Source of the DNA: Octopus bimaculoides
Taxonomy: Eukaryota
DNA: 37,480 nt
Direction of reading: 5' to 3'
Assembly (NCBI RefSeq): GCF_001194135.2
Contig: NC_068992.1
Span: 3,461,748 to 3,499,227 of the forward strand
How positions within the stretch are numbered: the first letter of the stretch is position 1; each line of letters begins with the position of its first letter. The notes under the pieces are model-generated. The model had not been told where the DNA came from. It saw only the letters and a list, made by a program, of their open reading frames with translations, and searched no databases. This document shows, piece after piece, positions 10,638 to 21,679 of the stretch. Both the position numbers and the translations under genes were made by a program.

Positions 10638-10754
10638 AGCGATCGGAACCTCAGAAGTGGTAAATATCTAAGCGAGGTGTATAGTGCAGACTACTCTTCA
10701 GGACAAGGTTATCTTGTTTGTATGAAATTTAACTTGTCGGTAGGAGGCCCATGT

Positions 10755-10837
<83 letters not shown>

Positions 10838-10940
10838 TATTGAAAAAAAAAAAGTCGGAAATGCTTTGAGAGGTTTATCACGGTAAAAAAATAAGACAGC
10901 ATTAACATTTTAAACTAAGCAGCTACCGGTTCCGATCGCT
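10638..10940. mobile_element. MITE-like element with perfect 13-bp terminal inverted repeats and TTAA/TTGA flanks (Kolobok-like)
   Basis: AGCGATCGGAACC (10638-10650) and GGTTCCGATCGCT (10928-10940); TTAA at 10634-10637, TTGA at 10941-10944; internal (CA)n at 10757-10832. Confidence 0.5.
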
Positions 10941-11423
10941 TTGAGAAGACAATGTAATCATGTTGAAAAAAAAAAAAAAAAAGTGGAAAATAAATTAGTA
11001 TCAATTAAGCCTATAACTTATAAAACTCTTGTATAAGGAAGATGTGAGGTGTAGTCTGAGTTGCTCTGAACTTGAATGTGATGGGTAAGGTGAAAAAATC
11101 TAAATTGGGAAATTTACAAGCGGTTGGCGCGGTTTGGTAAAAGATGAATATATATTACAATAGACACTGCATACATACGTATGTGAATAAATAGGTACAT
11201 GCGCACACACACAAACACCACACACGCATACACCAATACACACACACATAAGTAGCTTTTTAAATGCTGAATGAAATGGAAGATGGTGTAAGGAAAACGT
11301 AGTTTTAAGGTGAGAGGAGGATTGGTAAGTTGACAACAGCTGTTCACATGCAATGTTTCAACTATCGATCAGAAAGAAACCCTCACACACACAAGCATAC
11401 ATGCACACAGTCACACAGACATA

Positions 11424-11463
<40 letters not shown>

Positions 11464-11877
11464 TACTATATAATGAGAATGCATGTGTTTATGTGTGTGT
11501 GTATGTGTGTCTGGTGTCTTATAATTGTCTGTGTGTCTACTTCTGTCAGGTTTTTTCTGTTGCTGTCACAGATTTGAAATGTTAGAATTAAGTGAAAATT
11601 TTCAAATTTGTTATATTGATGTAATTTTTTCAGGCTGAGTTCGATTCTGTCATTAGTTTGTTCCAGAAAAATTGTAGAAAAATTTTACTGAGTTTTAAAG
11701 TTTGATCATTTTTACAGAATCAGAAAACAAGATTTGGAAGCTGGCATGTTTTTTTTGCGTGATAGCTGCGAATCACAAAATAAATGCAAAAACATTACGA
11801 CGATGAATTTTCCTTAAACAAAACGAACGCAAAAAATTACGACGGCGAAAGTTGTAAGAAGTTCTGACGTTTTAATA

Positions 11878-12003
11878 AGAGACCGATAGAATAAGTACTA
11901 GGGTTACAAAGAATAAGTCCTGGGGTTGATTTGTTCGACTGAAAAGGTGGTGCTCCAGCATGGCCGCAGTCAAATGACTGATACAAGTAAAAGAATAAAA
12001 GAA
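11878..12003 (+). mobile_element. SINE family A, 3' fragment
   Basis: AGAGACCGATAGAATAAGTACTAGG..GCTCCAGCATGGCCGCAGTCAAATGACTGA..AAAAGAATAAAAGAAT is the reverse complement of the 871-1000 segment. Confidence 0.85.
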
Positions 12004-12049
12004 TGCATACACACACTCCCAAACGGAGCGCCAAACGGAGCTATTCCCC

Positions 12050-12940
12050 ACTTTTCTCTCACGTGGTTCGTTCTCAAGGAAGCCAACCTTTCTGACTACG
12101 CTCTTGATCTCTCTTCTGTCAACTCCGAGATAAAGTAGACAGTCGTTAACAACCATCTTCTCAAACACTTTGAGTCATTCTCCGCTCTTAATGACAACTA
12201 ATACGTCTTCCATAAAACAAAATCTACTGGAGATTTGGTTTCGTATATCTTTTCTACTCTAGGCACAAGCCCGAAATTTTGGGGAGGGGGCCAGTCGATT
12301 AGACCGACCTCAGTAAGCAACCGGTACTTAATTTATCGACTCCAAAAGGATGAAAGGCAAAGTCGACCTCGGCGGAATTTGAACTCAGAACGTAAAGACA
12401 GACGAAATACCGCAAAGCATTTCGCCCGGCGTGTTAACGTTTCTGTCAGCCCGCTGCCTTTCTGCTTTTGTATATCACTGACCAGTGGGTCCTTGCTCCT
12501 AAAATATTTGAGGAAAACAATGTCGTTGAACTTGACATTAACAAAGCTTGACATTAGGTCGTGACAGGTTGCGAATCTCTAGTTAAGCTGACTCAACTCT
12601 TGGCACCATCTATCTTTTATCTCTTGGTTTGGAATTGTCCTCGCATATCGCACCATCGCAGCATATGCTAATAGAGTTCTCTTTAACCTTCTCTCTTGTT
12701 TCTTTCTGTTTTCTACACGCTTCGTGTTTTTGTTATTGTACTTGCCGTCACATTCACCAATCCGCATTCATCATGTCGCCCTTCACTCCTCTCTTTCCTC
12801 GCGAATACAATCCCCATCCAAACGCAATGCAAATATCTCACAATAAATCTACGTTCAGTTCATCAATGGAGACCTCGAAAACATTTTCTTTTGCGGACAT
12901 AAAGATTTTACCTTCTTCAACAGCACAATACTCTATCGCC
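12050..12940 (+). mobile_element. CR1/L2/Jockey-like LINE reverse-transcriptase fossil, interrupted by a SINE
   Basis: Collinear motifs: VNNHLLKHFESFSALNDN*YVFHKTKSTGDLVSYI | LLLYITDQW..FEENNVVELDINKA (cf. QYGFR..RSTGDLL..ALDISKAFD), LAYRTIAA, TNPHS (YADD region eroded), INGDLENIFFCG..FFN. Confidence 0.7.
12250..12461 (-). mobile_element. tRNA-derived SINE family B, full length, with an approximately 15-bp target-site duplication
   Basis: Minus strand: head AGGCAGCGGGCTGACAGAAACG, B-box GTTCAAATTCC, centre GACTTTGCCTTTCATCCTTTTGGAGTCGATAAATTAAGTACC, tail GGGCTTGTGCCTAGAGTAGAAAA. TSD TTGGTTTCGTATATC (12235-12249) / CTGCTTTTGTATATC (12462-12476), 12/15 identical. Confidence 0.9.
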
Positions 12941-13122
12941 AACACGCACACATACGCGCGCGCATCCTTTAAGTTAGTTTACGGGGAACGTTTTTTGAGT
13001 ATGCATATAAAAGCTTCTATTTTATTATGTCGGCTATGGCCTCGTGATTCCAGCTTGCAGCTACAGTTTTATGGGATCGAACCGAGCTGTGCTGATATAA
13101 CATAGGACAGATGTAGTAGTAC

Positions 13123-13233
13123 TACTAATAATAATCCATGGATGGAATTTATAAATATTTTAATGTATCGCTACCCACGTTCATATAAATCATTAAAATA
13201 TTTATAAATTTCATCCACGGATTATTATTAGTA
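13123..13233. repeat. Near-perfect 43-bp inverted repeat with a 25-nt loop
   Basis: 13123-13165 pairs with 13191-13233: 41 Watson-Crick pairs, 1 G.T, 1 A.C. Confidence 0.95.
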
Positions 13234-13234
13234 C

Positions 13235-13235
<1 letters not shown>

Positions 13236-13301
<66 letters not shown>

Positions 13302-14328
13302 ATATATATATATATATATATATATANNNNNNNNNNNNNNNNNNNNNNNNNNNNNNNNNNNNNNNNNNNNNNNNNNNNNNNNNNNNNNNNNNNNNNNNNN
13401 NNNNNNNNNNNNNNNNNNNNNNNNNNNNNNNNNNNNNNNNNNNNNNNNNNNNNNNNNNNNNNNNNNNNNNNNNNNNNNNNNNNNNNNNNNNNNNNNNNNN
13501 NNNNNNNNNNNNNNNNNNNNNNNNNNNNNNNNNNNNNNNNNNNNNNNNNNNNNNNNNNNNNNNNNNNNNNNNNNNNNNNNNNNNNNNNNNNNNNNNNNNN
13601 NNNNNNNNNNNNNNNNNNNNNNNNNNNNNNNNNNNNNNNNNNNNNNNNNNNNNNNNNNNNNNNNNNNNNNNNNNNNNNNNNNNNNNNNNNNNNNNNNNNN
13701 NNNNNNNNNNNNNNNNNNNNNNNNNNNNNNNNNNNNNNNNNNNNNNNNNNNNNNNNNNNNNNNNNNNNNNNNNNNNNNNNNNNNNNNNNNNNNNNNNNNN
13801 NNNNNNNNNNNNNNNNNNNNNNNNNNNNNNNNNNNNNNNNNNNNNNNNNNNNNNNNNNNNNNNNNNNNNNNNNNNNNNNNNNNNNNNNNNNNNNNNNNNN
13901 NNNNNNNNNNNNNNNNNNNNNNNNNNNNNNNNNNNNNNNNNNNNNNNNNNNNNNNNNNNNNNNNNNNNNNNNNNNNNNNNNNNNNNNNNNNNNNNNNNNN
14001 NNNNNNNNNNNNNNNNNNNNNNNNNNNNNNNNNNNNNNNNNNNNNNNNNNNNNNNNNNNNNNNNNNNNNNNNNNNNNNNNNNNNNNNNNNNNNNNNNNNN
14101 NNNNNNNNNNNNNNNNNNNNNNNNNNNNNNNNNNNNNNNNNNNNNNNNNNNNNNNNNNNNNNNNNNNNNNNNNNNNNNNNNNNNNNNNNNNNNNNNNNNN
14201 NNNNNNNNNNNNNNNNNNNNNNNNNNNNNNNNNNNNNNNNNNNNNNNNNNNNNNNNNNNNNNNNNNNNNNNNNNNNNNNNNNNNNNNNNNNNNNNNNNNN
14301 NNNNNNNNNNNNNNNNNNNNNNTATATT

Positions 14329-14375
<47 letters not shown>

Positions 14376-14377
14376 TT

Positions 14378-14420
<43 letters not shown>
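13236..14420. repeat. (TATC)n/(TA)n - gap (13327-14323, 997 N) - (GATA)n/(GT)n
   Basis: Visible microsatellites flanking an N-run. Confidence 0.95.
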
Positions 14421-14421
<1 letters not shown>

Positions 14422-14942
14422 ATACCCTCAGCTGAAGGTAGATGCCTTCTCTCCAGTAACAACAAGCCACAATAATTTTGATTGAAATGACAGGTAAAGC
14501 TGGCAGGGTCAAAATAAATTTAACCTTTGACCTTATACAGTGGAAACATCTGTTTAGTTTTCGAGTTAGATCTGTCACTAAACAAGAGTATTATCGAAGC
14601 AGACACAACATTTTAGAATTGTTATTACAGCTGTAACTGAAGTATATATTTTAACATACGTGTGCATTAGCATACATCTGTGCAACGGCGTATGTATGAG
14701 CAGGGAGAAGGGGAGAGAGAGAGGGGTAGGGAGAGGGAGAGTTATGTACGTATGCAATGTGTTTGCGAAGGTGAACGACCGAATCTATTGCTTGCATGCA
14801 AGTTGTCAGTGGTATTACATAATGTGTTCCAATTTCCATGTAATTTCCATGTTGTGTGATTTATGCAAATTGGTTGATACACATACATATGCATACATAC
14901 AGACACATGCATACAAACGCACATGTACACTTTATATATATA

Positions 14943-15135
14943 CGAGAGCGTGCTGAAAAGTTCCTGGCTTTGGGTAGGATTAGTTAATTATGATTTTTAT
15001 GATCAGTTAAATATGATTTTTATGATCAGTTAATTATGATTTTATTCAACATATTCTCCTCTCAGATTCACACACTTTTAATGTAGTGATCATTCAGTTT
15101 TTCTAAGCCCTGTAAAAACTTTTCAGCACCCCTCC
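14943..15135 (-). mobile_element. Mariner-derived MITE with TA flanks and a residual transposase C-terminus
   Basis: TIRs CGAGAGCGTGCTGAAAAGTT (14943-14962) and AACTTTTCAGCACCCCTCC (15117-15135), TA on both sides. Minus translation LQGLEKLNDHY/KCVNLRGEYVE* (cf. mariner G..KL..RW.KC....G.Y.E*). Contains a 23-bp tandem repeat of about 2.7 copies (14982-15045). Confidence 0.75.
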
Positions 15136-15288
15136 TATACATATACATACAAATATACGCACACACAAGCACACACGAACAGACAAACAGACAGACACAC
15201 ACATATTCCTGTTCATCCTTGACATAAAAATCTTTATAATATAGTGTTACCCTTCACAATGAAGGCCTCTTTGCATTCAAATACTTAC

Positions 15289-15546
15289 TCGATATTCGTC
15301 CTGATCCTCAACCCGACATCTCTACCTTCCTCCGTCTGGCGATTAGCCGACTGGTTTGCTGAACTTCTCCGGAACATCAGATTCGTGCTACTTCCGTTCG
15401 ACCGGTTTTGCGTTACATCATTTGTTCGGACTGGCCTTGGACAGAGGCCAGCTGCATTCCTGCCTCCGCCGAGAGCAGGAATTTCTTTTTTCTTTTCATT
15501 CCTCTGTTCTTCATGGTCTCAATTCGTCACCAACCTCTTCATCTAA
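15289..15546 (-). CDS. Candidate exon of an unidentified gene (possibly 5' UTR or first exon)
   Basis: Non-repetitive, GC-richer island ending in a consensus donor GA|GTAAGTAT (intron starts at 15288). One frame is open from about 15510 to the donor (..MFRRSSANQSANRQTEEGRDVGLRIRTNI). No homology recognised. Confidence 0.25.
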
Positions 15547-15798
15547 ACCCACCTTTACACACATTTACACACACCATCCACTTCCCACCTTCCACTGCCA
15601 CCTCCTCTTTTCCCACAAAACTTTACTACATCGTTATACTCACCGCCCATACCACACACACATATGCGCGCATGTGTGCAAACGCTACTACACACAAGCA
15701 TTTGCACTCACACACACACTTCTGATAGCCTCACGCACTCACACAAAACGGCAAATATTAGGATAAGATTTAATATAATCTAACTTAGTCCATAATGA

Positions 15799-15853
<55 letters not shown>

Positions 15854-16973
15854 CTGTACAATATCTTTTCCAGGAGATACAGACTCTGCTCCGAGGTATT
15901 GTTGTCTATTTTGTGGACTATGAGATCGTTAATAGGATTTCTGATGCTGGCTTGACTATAAATGTACTTTCGAATAAAGCAGTGGGAACGAATTTGAGTA
16001 ATTGTTAACCAAATTAATAATCACAATTTACCTAAATGTATGGATGAATTAACCACAACCTCCCCATTCTTATAAACACAATGCTGCAATAGTTACCAAT
16101 ATCAATCTGATATCCCTTGGCTATTGTATACCGATTAATGTGAAATAAATTTCAGCCTTTCTATAAGAAGCGTTCACCGTGAGATGAAAACGCAAAAACT
16201 ACGCTTATCTACTTTGGTGATTATAACACTGGCATTGATAATTACTATAGACTATCGGTTATTTCATTTGCCGTTCATACACAAAATTCACGTCTACTAT
16301 TTCTCTATTTACGTACATATTCATGACTCTACAAGAGCTAAAAGTATATTGGCCAGATCTCGTGAACCTCACTACAGAAGCCATATCACCAGCCACTTTT
16401 AGGCACTGACATTATTAATATCTATTTAATTCGCTGAGTGAGCGTACGTGCACTAAATCAAGCATGTGAGTATGCTTGTATCTTCGTGTAAGTTTGTACG
16501 AGCGAGTGTACATGCGCCAGATAGCGTAGGCGAGGGCATTTCTACATCTATATCTACAAACGGTTGCATCTAATACTTTTTTCGCTGCATTGTGCATTTG
16601 CTTCTCTTTGCATCTGATAGTTTATCATTCATTTTCTAAAATAATGAAGCGGTATCCCTTAATTTGCTAATTTTGTGTACAAATACCGAGAAGAAATCTT
16701 GCGCAACAGAGGTTATTTTAACGAGATACATCTTGTAATCGCCCGAGGAGACACATCTACGCCGACGGATTACCCCTTAACCAGATATTCGGTATCTCAC
16801 CCGTGAGGGATCGATGCTAGATGGGTGGAAACAATTGCAGTGATCAATAAACTTTCTCGAATTTTCTATCTTCCGTCTTTCTCATTAATCAAATATCCAA
16901 GGAACACTGAGAAGGTGAACGTGCTTTACCGGTAAACTACCAGGTGTAGATTTGTTAACTAATACATATATAT

Positions 16974-17137
16974 GAGTGGCTGTGTGGTAAGAAGCTTGCT
17001 TTCCAACCACATGGTTCCGAATTCAGTCCCACTGCGTGGCACCTTGGGCAAGTGTCTTCTATTATAGCTTCGGGCCGACCAAAACCTTGTGATTGGATTT
17101 GGTAGACGGAAACTGAAAGAATCCCGTCGTATATATG
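16974..17137 (+). mobile_element. SINE family A, 5' half
   Basis: GAGTGGCTGTGTGG (A-box), GAATTCAGTCCC (B-box-like), CACCTTGGGCAAGTGTCTT. Confidence 0.85.
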
Positions 17138-17360
17138 TTTCTAAACCCCTACCAACTCTTATCCCAATTAGTAACTACTTTATCTCTACAGTACTACCCG
17201 TATATAATTTTCTCCCTCCATTCCTTTTCAAGTCCTTGCATTCATTCGGTGTTACTGCATCGGCAAATTTCAGTATGTCAAGGTCTCTTACTTTTGACAC
17301 ATGATGTTACCCTTCACATTTTTAAAGGAAGCAAGCTACTTCATTAAATGCATTTTGCAG

Positions 17361-17458
17361 TTTCTGGTGGAGATTTACACGTCAGAGAGACGGACAAACA
17401 GGGACGAGATACACTGTCATTTTGTACCAATGGATCAATACACAGGCTCACTGCATTT
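17361..17458 (+). CDS. Candidate 98-nt internal exon of an unidentified gene
   Basis: Acceptor CATTTTGCAG|, donor |GTGAGTAA, no stop codon in any of the three frames. Confidence 0.3.
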
Positions 17459-17679
17459 GTGAGTAATTAGTGTTGCGATGTCAATGATGCGTCAGTAAGT
17501 GAATGAGACATGTCAGAATGCCAGTCTTGTTTACATTTGGATACGTAAGTCTCCTGCTATCTTTTTCAGTAGTTTGGACAAGCAACGTAAAGAAATCCTG
17601 AAGAATTGTTCAATAAGGAAAATGAAACCAATCGCTTCAATCCTTGTACGAAGTTGTTGAAAATTCCCCTCGTAGTGCA

Positions 17680-17712
<33 letters not shown>

Positions 17713-17830
17713 TGTGTGTGTGCATAAATCTATTTATTTGTTTATTTATTTAGATACCACTAAATGGGTAGGCAGGTCGTTTTTATAGTCGATTGGCGGA
17801 TTGCATCCGTCAATCTATCAATCAACCAAG

Positions 17831-17831
17831 T

Positions 17832-17890
<59 letters not shown>
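17831..17890. repeat. (ACT)n microsatellite
   Basis: Visible. Confidence 0.95.
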
Positions 17891-18255
17891 GAAGGGACGT
17901 AGTTTCTGTCGTCATGACTCACCAGATTAAAAGATTTATCTTGCTTAAGCCATACTTACTGTCGAAATCTAACCCAATTTTCCTGAATTAGACTGTAAAA
18001 TGTTGGTAATCCTACTGACATTGTGAAGGTCATGTCGGGAAAGGGGAAAAGCAGGGAAGGGGGAAGGGGATGTGATTTTGTTGCTTGTTGACGTCTGAGT
18101 TTTTCATTTACTGATCTATTTATAAAATACTTAAATACTTTAAATAATTATCCTAACCAAATACGTTTTCATTCAGACACACATGCAAAAGAACGTTACA
18201 CACAACACGCACACATACACACGCGCACACACGCACGCACACACACACGCATACG

Positions 18256-18384
18256 ACGGTCTTCCTTCAGACTCCGTCTACCAAATTCACTTACAAGGCT
18301 TTGGTTGACCCGAGGCTATAGTAAAAGACACTAGCCTAAGGTGCCACACAGTGTGACTGAACCCAGAAACTTGCGGTTGGCAAG

Positions 18385-18385
<1 letters not shown>
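18256..18385 (-). mobile_element. SINE family A, 5' fragment
   Basis: CCGTCTACCAAATTCACTTACAAGGCTTTGG..GACTGAACCCAG is homologous to 1125-1250. Confidence 0.8.
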
Positions 18386-18435
<50 letters not shown>

Positions 18436-18933
18436 CTTTCAATTTATGCAAACTACCGTGTCCGTAAATGTGTTTTGCTCTTTCATATTCAAGTTTGAAT
18501 GTCCCATTTACTGGAGATTGGGTCAGGTAAACGACTGATAATACCCAGTAACGAAAGACCACTTCCTCTTATCTCCAGACGATCACACTGACTTTACCTT
18601 AATGCCATGTCGACTTTGGAAGATTCCTGATATTCTGAGATTATCTCTTCTTCTCAATTTGCAGGCGATACCGATTACCACAATTCGATCGTCCTGTCCT
18701 CATTCACAAATTGCAATAGACCAACGGTGGTCTAAAAATTCTCGCTTACTAGTTAGTTTAAATAGCTTTCAAATGCACTCCGCTGTAATTGTGGACATCT
18801 GATGAGATGGACATTATTTCAAGCCTTAAATAATGTGAAGCTGAGCCAGTCACTTAATGAAGACCCACAACTCCACCTAAATGTATTGAGTGCTACTTTT
18901 TTCATTAACTCTCTCCTATCTCCTAACATTTAT

Positions 18934-19035
18934 CTTCTTCTTCTTCTTCTTCTTCTTCTTCTTCTTCTTCTTCTTCTTCTTCTTCTTCTTCTTCTTCTTC
19001 TTCCGATTTACAGANNNNNNNNNNNNNNNNNNNNN

Positions 19036-19080
<45 letters not shown>
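18934..19080. repeat. (CTT)n - small gap (19015-19035) - (GA)n
   Basis: Visible. Confidence 0.95.
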
Positions 19081-19083
<3 letters not shown>

Positions 19084-19474
19084 CAGGGTGAGAGGGAGAG
19101 AAAGAAAAACGAGCCAAGTAAAGTCACACCAGTAAGTTATGTGGGTCAGTGGATCAGTAGAACCAGATATTAGCGGAACGGAAACACACACACTCACACA
19201 AACGCAGAGGCAACATGCACGCACACACACACATAAACACACGCACACACACACACAAACACACGTAAAACCTTCAAATAGAGACACACCCATAAACCCC
19301 CAGCCATCCCCCATCTCCTTGAATCATACAGACACCCTCTATAAGGACGTGGACTATATACACAAACATACACGCATGCATATATGTATGCATGTATGTA
19401 TGTATGCATGTATGTATGTATGTATGTCTCTATGAATGTATGTATGTATATATTTATATATATATATATATATA

Positions 19475-20058
19475 NNNNNNNNNNNNNNNNNNNNNNNNNN
19501 NNNNNNNNNNNNNNNNNNNNNNNNNNNNNNNNNNNNNNNNNNNNNNNNNNNNNNNNNNNNNNNNNNNNNNNNNNNNNNNNNNNNNNNNNNNNNNNNNNNN
19601 NNNNNNNNNNNNNNNNNNNNNNNNNNNNNNNNNNNNNNNNNNNNNNNNNNNNNNNNNNNNNNNNNNNNNNNNNNNNNNNNNNNNNNNNNNNNNNNNNNNN
19701 NNNNNNNNNNNNNNNNNNNNNNNNNNNNNNNNNNNNNNNNNNNNNNNNNNNNNNNNNNNNNNNNNNNNNNNNNNNNNNNNNNNNNNNNNNNNNNNNNNNN
19801 NNNNNNNNNNNNNNNNNNNNNNNNNNNNNNNNNNNNNNNNNNNNNNNNNNNNNNNNNNNNNNNNNNNNNNNNNNNNNNNNNNNNNNNNNNNNNNNNNNNN
19901 NNNNNNNNNNNNNNNNNNNNNNNNNNNNNNNNNNNNNNNNNNNNNNNNNNNNNNNNNNNNNNNNNNNNNNNNNNNNNNNNNNNNNNNNNNNNNNNNNNNN
20001 NNNNNNNNNNNNNNNNNNNNNNNNNNNNNNNNNNNNNNNNNNNNNNNNNNNNNNNNNN
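19475..20058. other. Assembly gap (584 N)
   Basis: N-run after (TA)n. Confidence 1.
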
Positions 20059-20201
20059 GTGGGGGTGTTGTGTGATGGAGAAACTTGAGATGAACCTCCC
20101 CACCCTCTACCCCCGAGAAAATTAGGTTAGAATGAAATTGAATAAAAATACAGAATTCAAATAAGAACAACTACAACAGCAATAGCACTACTACCACCAC
20201 C

Positions 20202-20233
<32 letters not shown>

Positions 20234-20652
20234 CAACAACCAGAACAACAACGACAAGCAAAAAATAACGGAAAGAAAGAAAAAAACGCCAGACTTCTAA
20301 AAGAAACAACAAAAATAACGAAAAGATGGAAATAAACTTGCTTTATTAGCAAAAATATGTAGTTTAAATGTGTGTTAGGTATTAGTCTGTGTCAAATAGT
20401 TGTGATAACAGCACACTGCTCTCATTAAATGCTGTCTAAATTACTAATATATAATAGTTTAACCATTGAATTCGAATTTTATATACTTTCTCCATTATAG
20501 TATAGATTTCGTATGAAAGAAACTTTAATGGTGTCGCCCATTTCCTTGCGTGTGTGAAAAAGGGAGATAAATGGGGACAGCGTGTGAGTGAGAGAGTGAG
20601 TGAGCGTGAGTGAGAGAGTGATTGAGCATGAGTGAGAGAGTGAGTGAGCGTA

Positions 20653-20720
<68 letters not shown>

Positions 20721-20836
20721 CTTTTACTTCGTCAAATACCTCCGATCATTGTTTATCGATCGGAAGCATTTCTCCTACCCATTCAGTTCTAATAATGGTT
20801 TACTGATTTTGGTTCCAGGTCAGCAGTTTTGAAGCC

Positions 20837-21615
20837 TTAGTCGATTATATCGATCCTAGTTCTCAGTTGGTACTTTATTTTATTGATCCTGAAAGAGCCC
20901 AGCAGAAATACCGCTAAGCCTTTTGTCCAACTTTCTAACGATTCTGCTAAGTTTTTCCCCTATAGGTACAAAGCCCGAAATATTGTTGGAGGGGAATAGT
21001 CGATTGCATTGATGCCAGCGCTCAATTGGAACTTATTTTATCGGCCCCAAAAGGATAGAAAACAAAGTCGACGTCGGTGGAATTTGAACTCAACGTAAGG
21101 ACAAACAAAATGGCGCCAAGCATTTCGCTCGGCGTGCTAACGATTCTGCCATCTCACCGCGTTAAGCCGTCTTTCTAATTTTGACCTGCGGCCAGAAGTT
21201 TTGAAAGGAGAGAATTGACGATTCCATCGACTCCAGTACTTGATTGATATTTATTTAATCGAACACGACAGTATTTGAATCCAGAGCGTAAAGAGCCAGC
21301 AAAAATAGCGCTAAAGATTTTGTCCGGCGCACGAAGGTAATTTTCCGTTGGCTTCCTTCGGGTGTTTCTTTTTCGGAGACACCTTGTTGTCGGCGCGATC
21401 GAGACAACTTTGCCACACTTATTTGGGAATTTAGGGCATAAAGAACAGGAACAAATCAGAAAATCATGTTGTCTAACGCTCAGTCAGCTTCGCCAGTCCA
21501 TCACCTCTAAGTGTTCCTTTATTTCATCGATCCCAGAAGGATAAAAGGTAAAGCTGACTTCAAGAGAATTTGAACTCAGAACGTAAAAAGCCGGGACAAA
21601 TACCACAAAGCATTG
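20837..21615 (-). mobile_element. Head-to-tail stack of 4-5 SINE family B copies
   Basis: Units at about 20837-20951, 20961-21162, 21180-21335, 21375-21500 (very degenerate) and 21500-21615. Each has GTCGATT..ATCGA / ATTTGAACTC / AAATAC..AAGCATT motifs in the same orientation. Confidence 0.75.
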
Positions 21616-21679
21616 CAGTCTTAGACTTTGTTTCTTTCTAAACTAGATTCAAATACAACAGGTGACAAGTTTGTTCTTC

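Noticed and set aside
16400-16500. Consensus donors CAT|GTGAGTAT and GT|GTAAGTT
   Set aside because: The upstream candidate exon has stops in all three frames, which shows that such signals arise by chance here.
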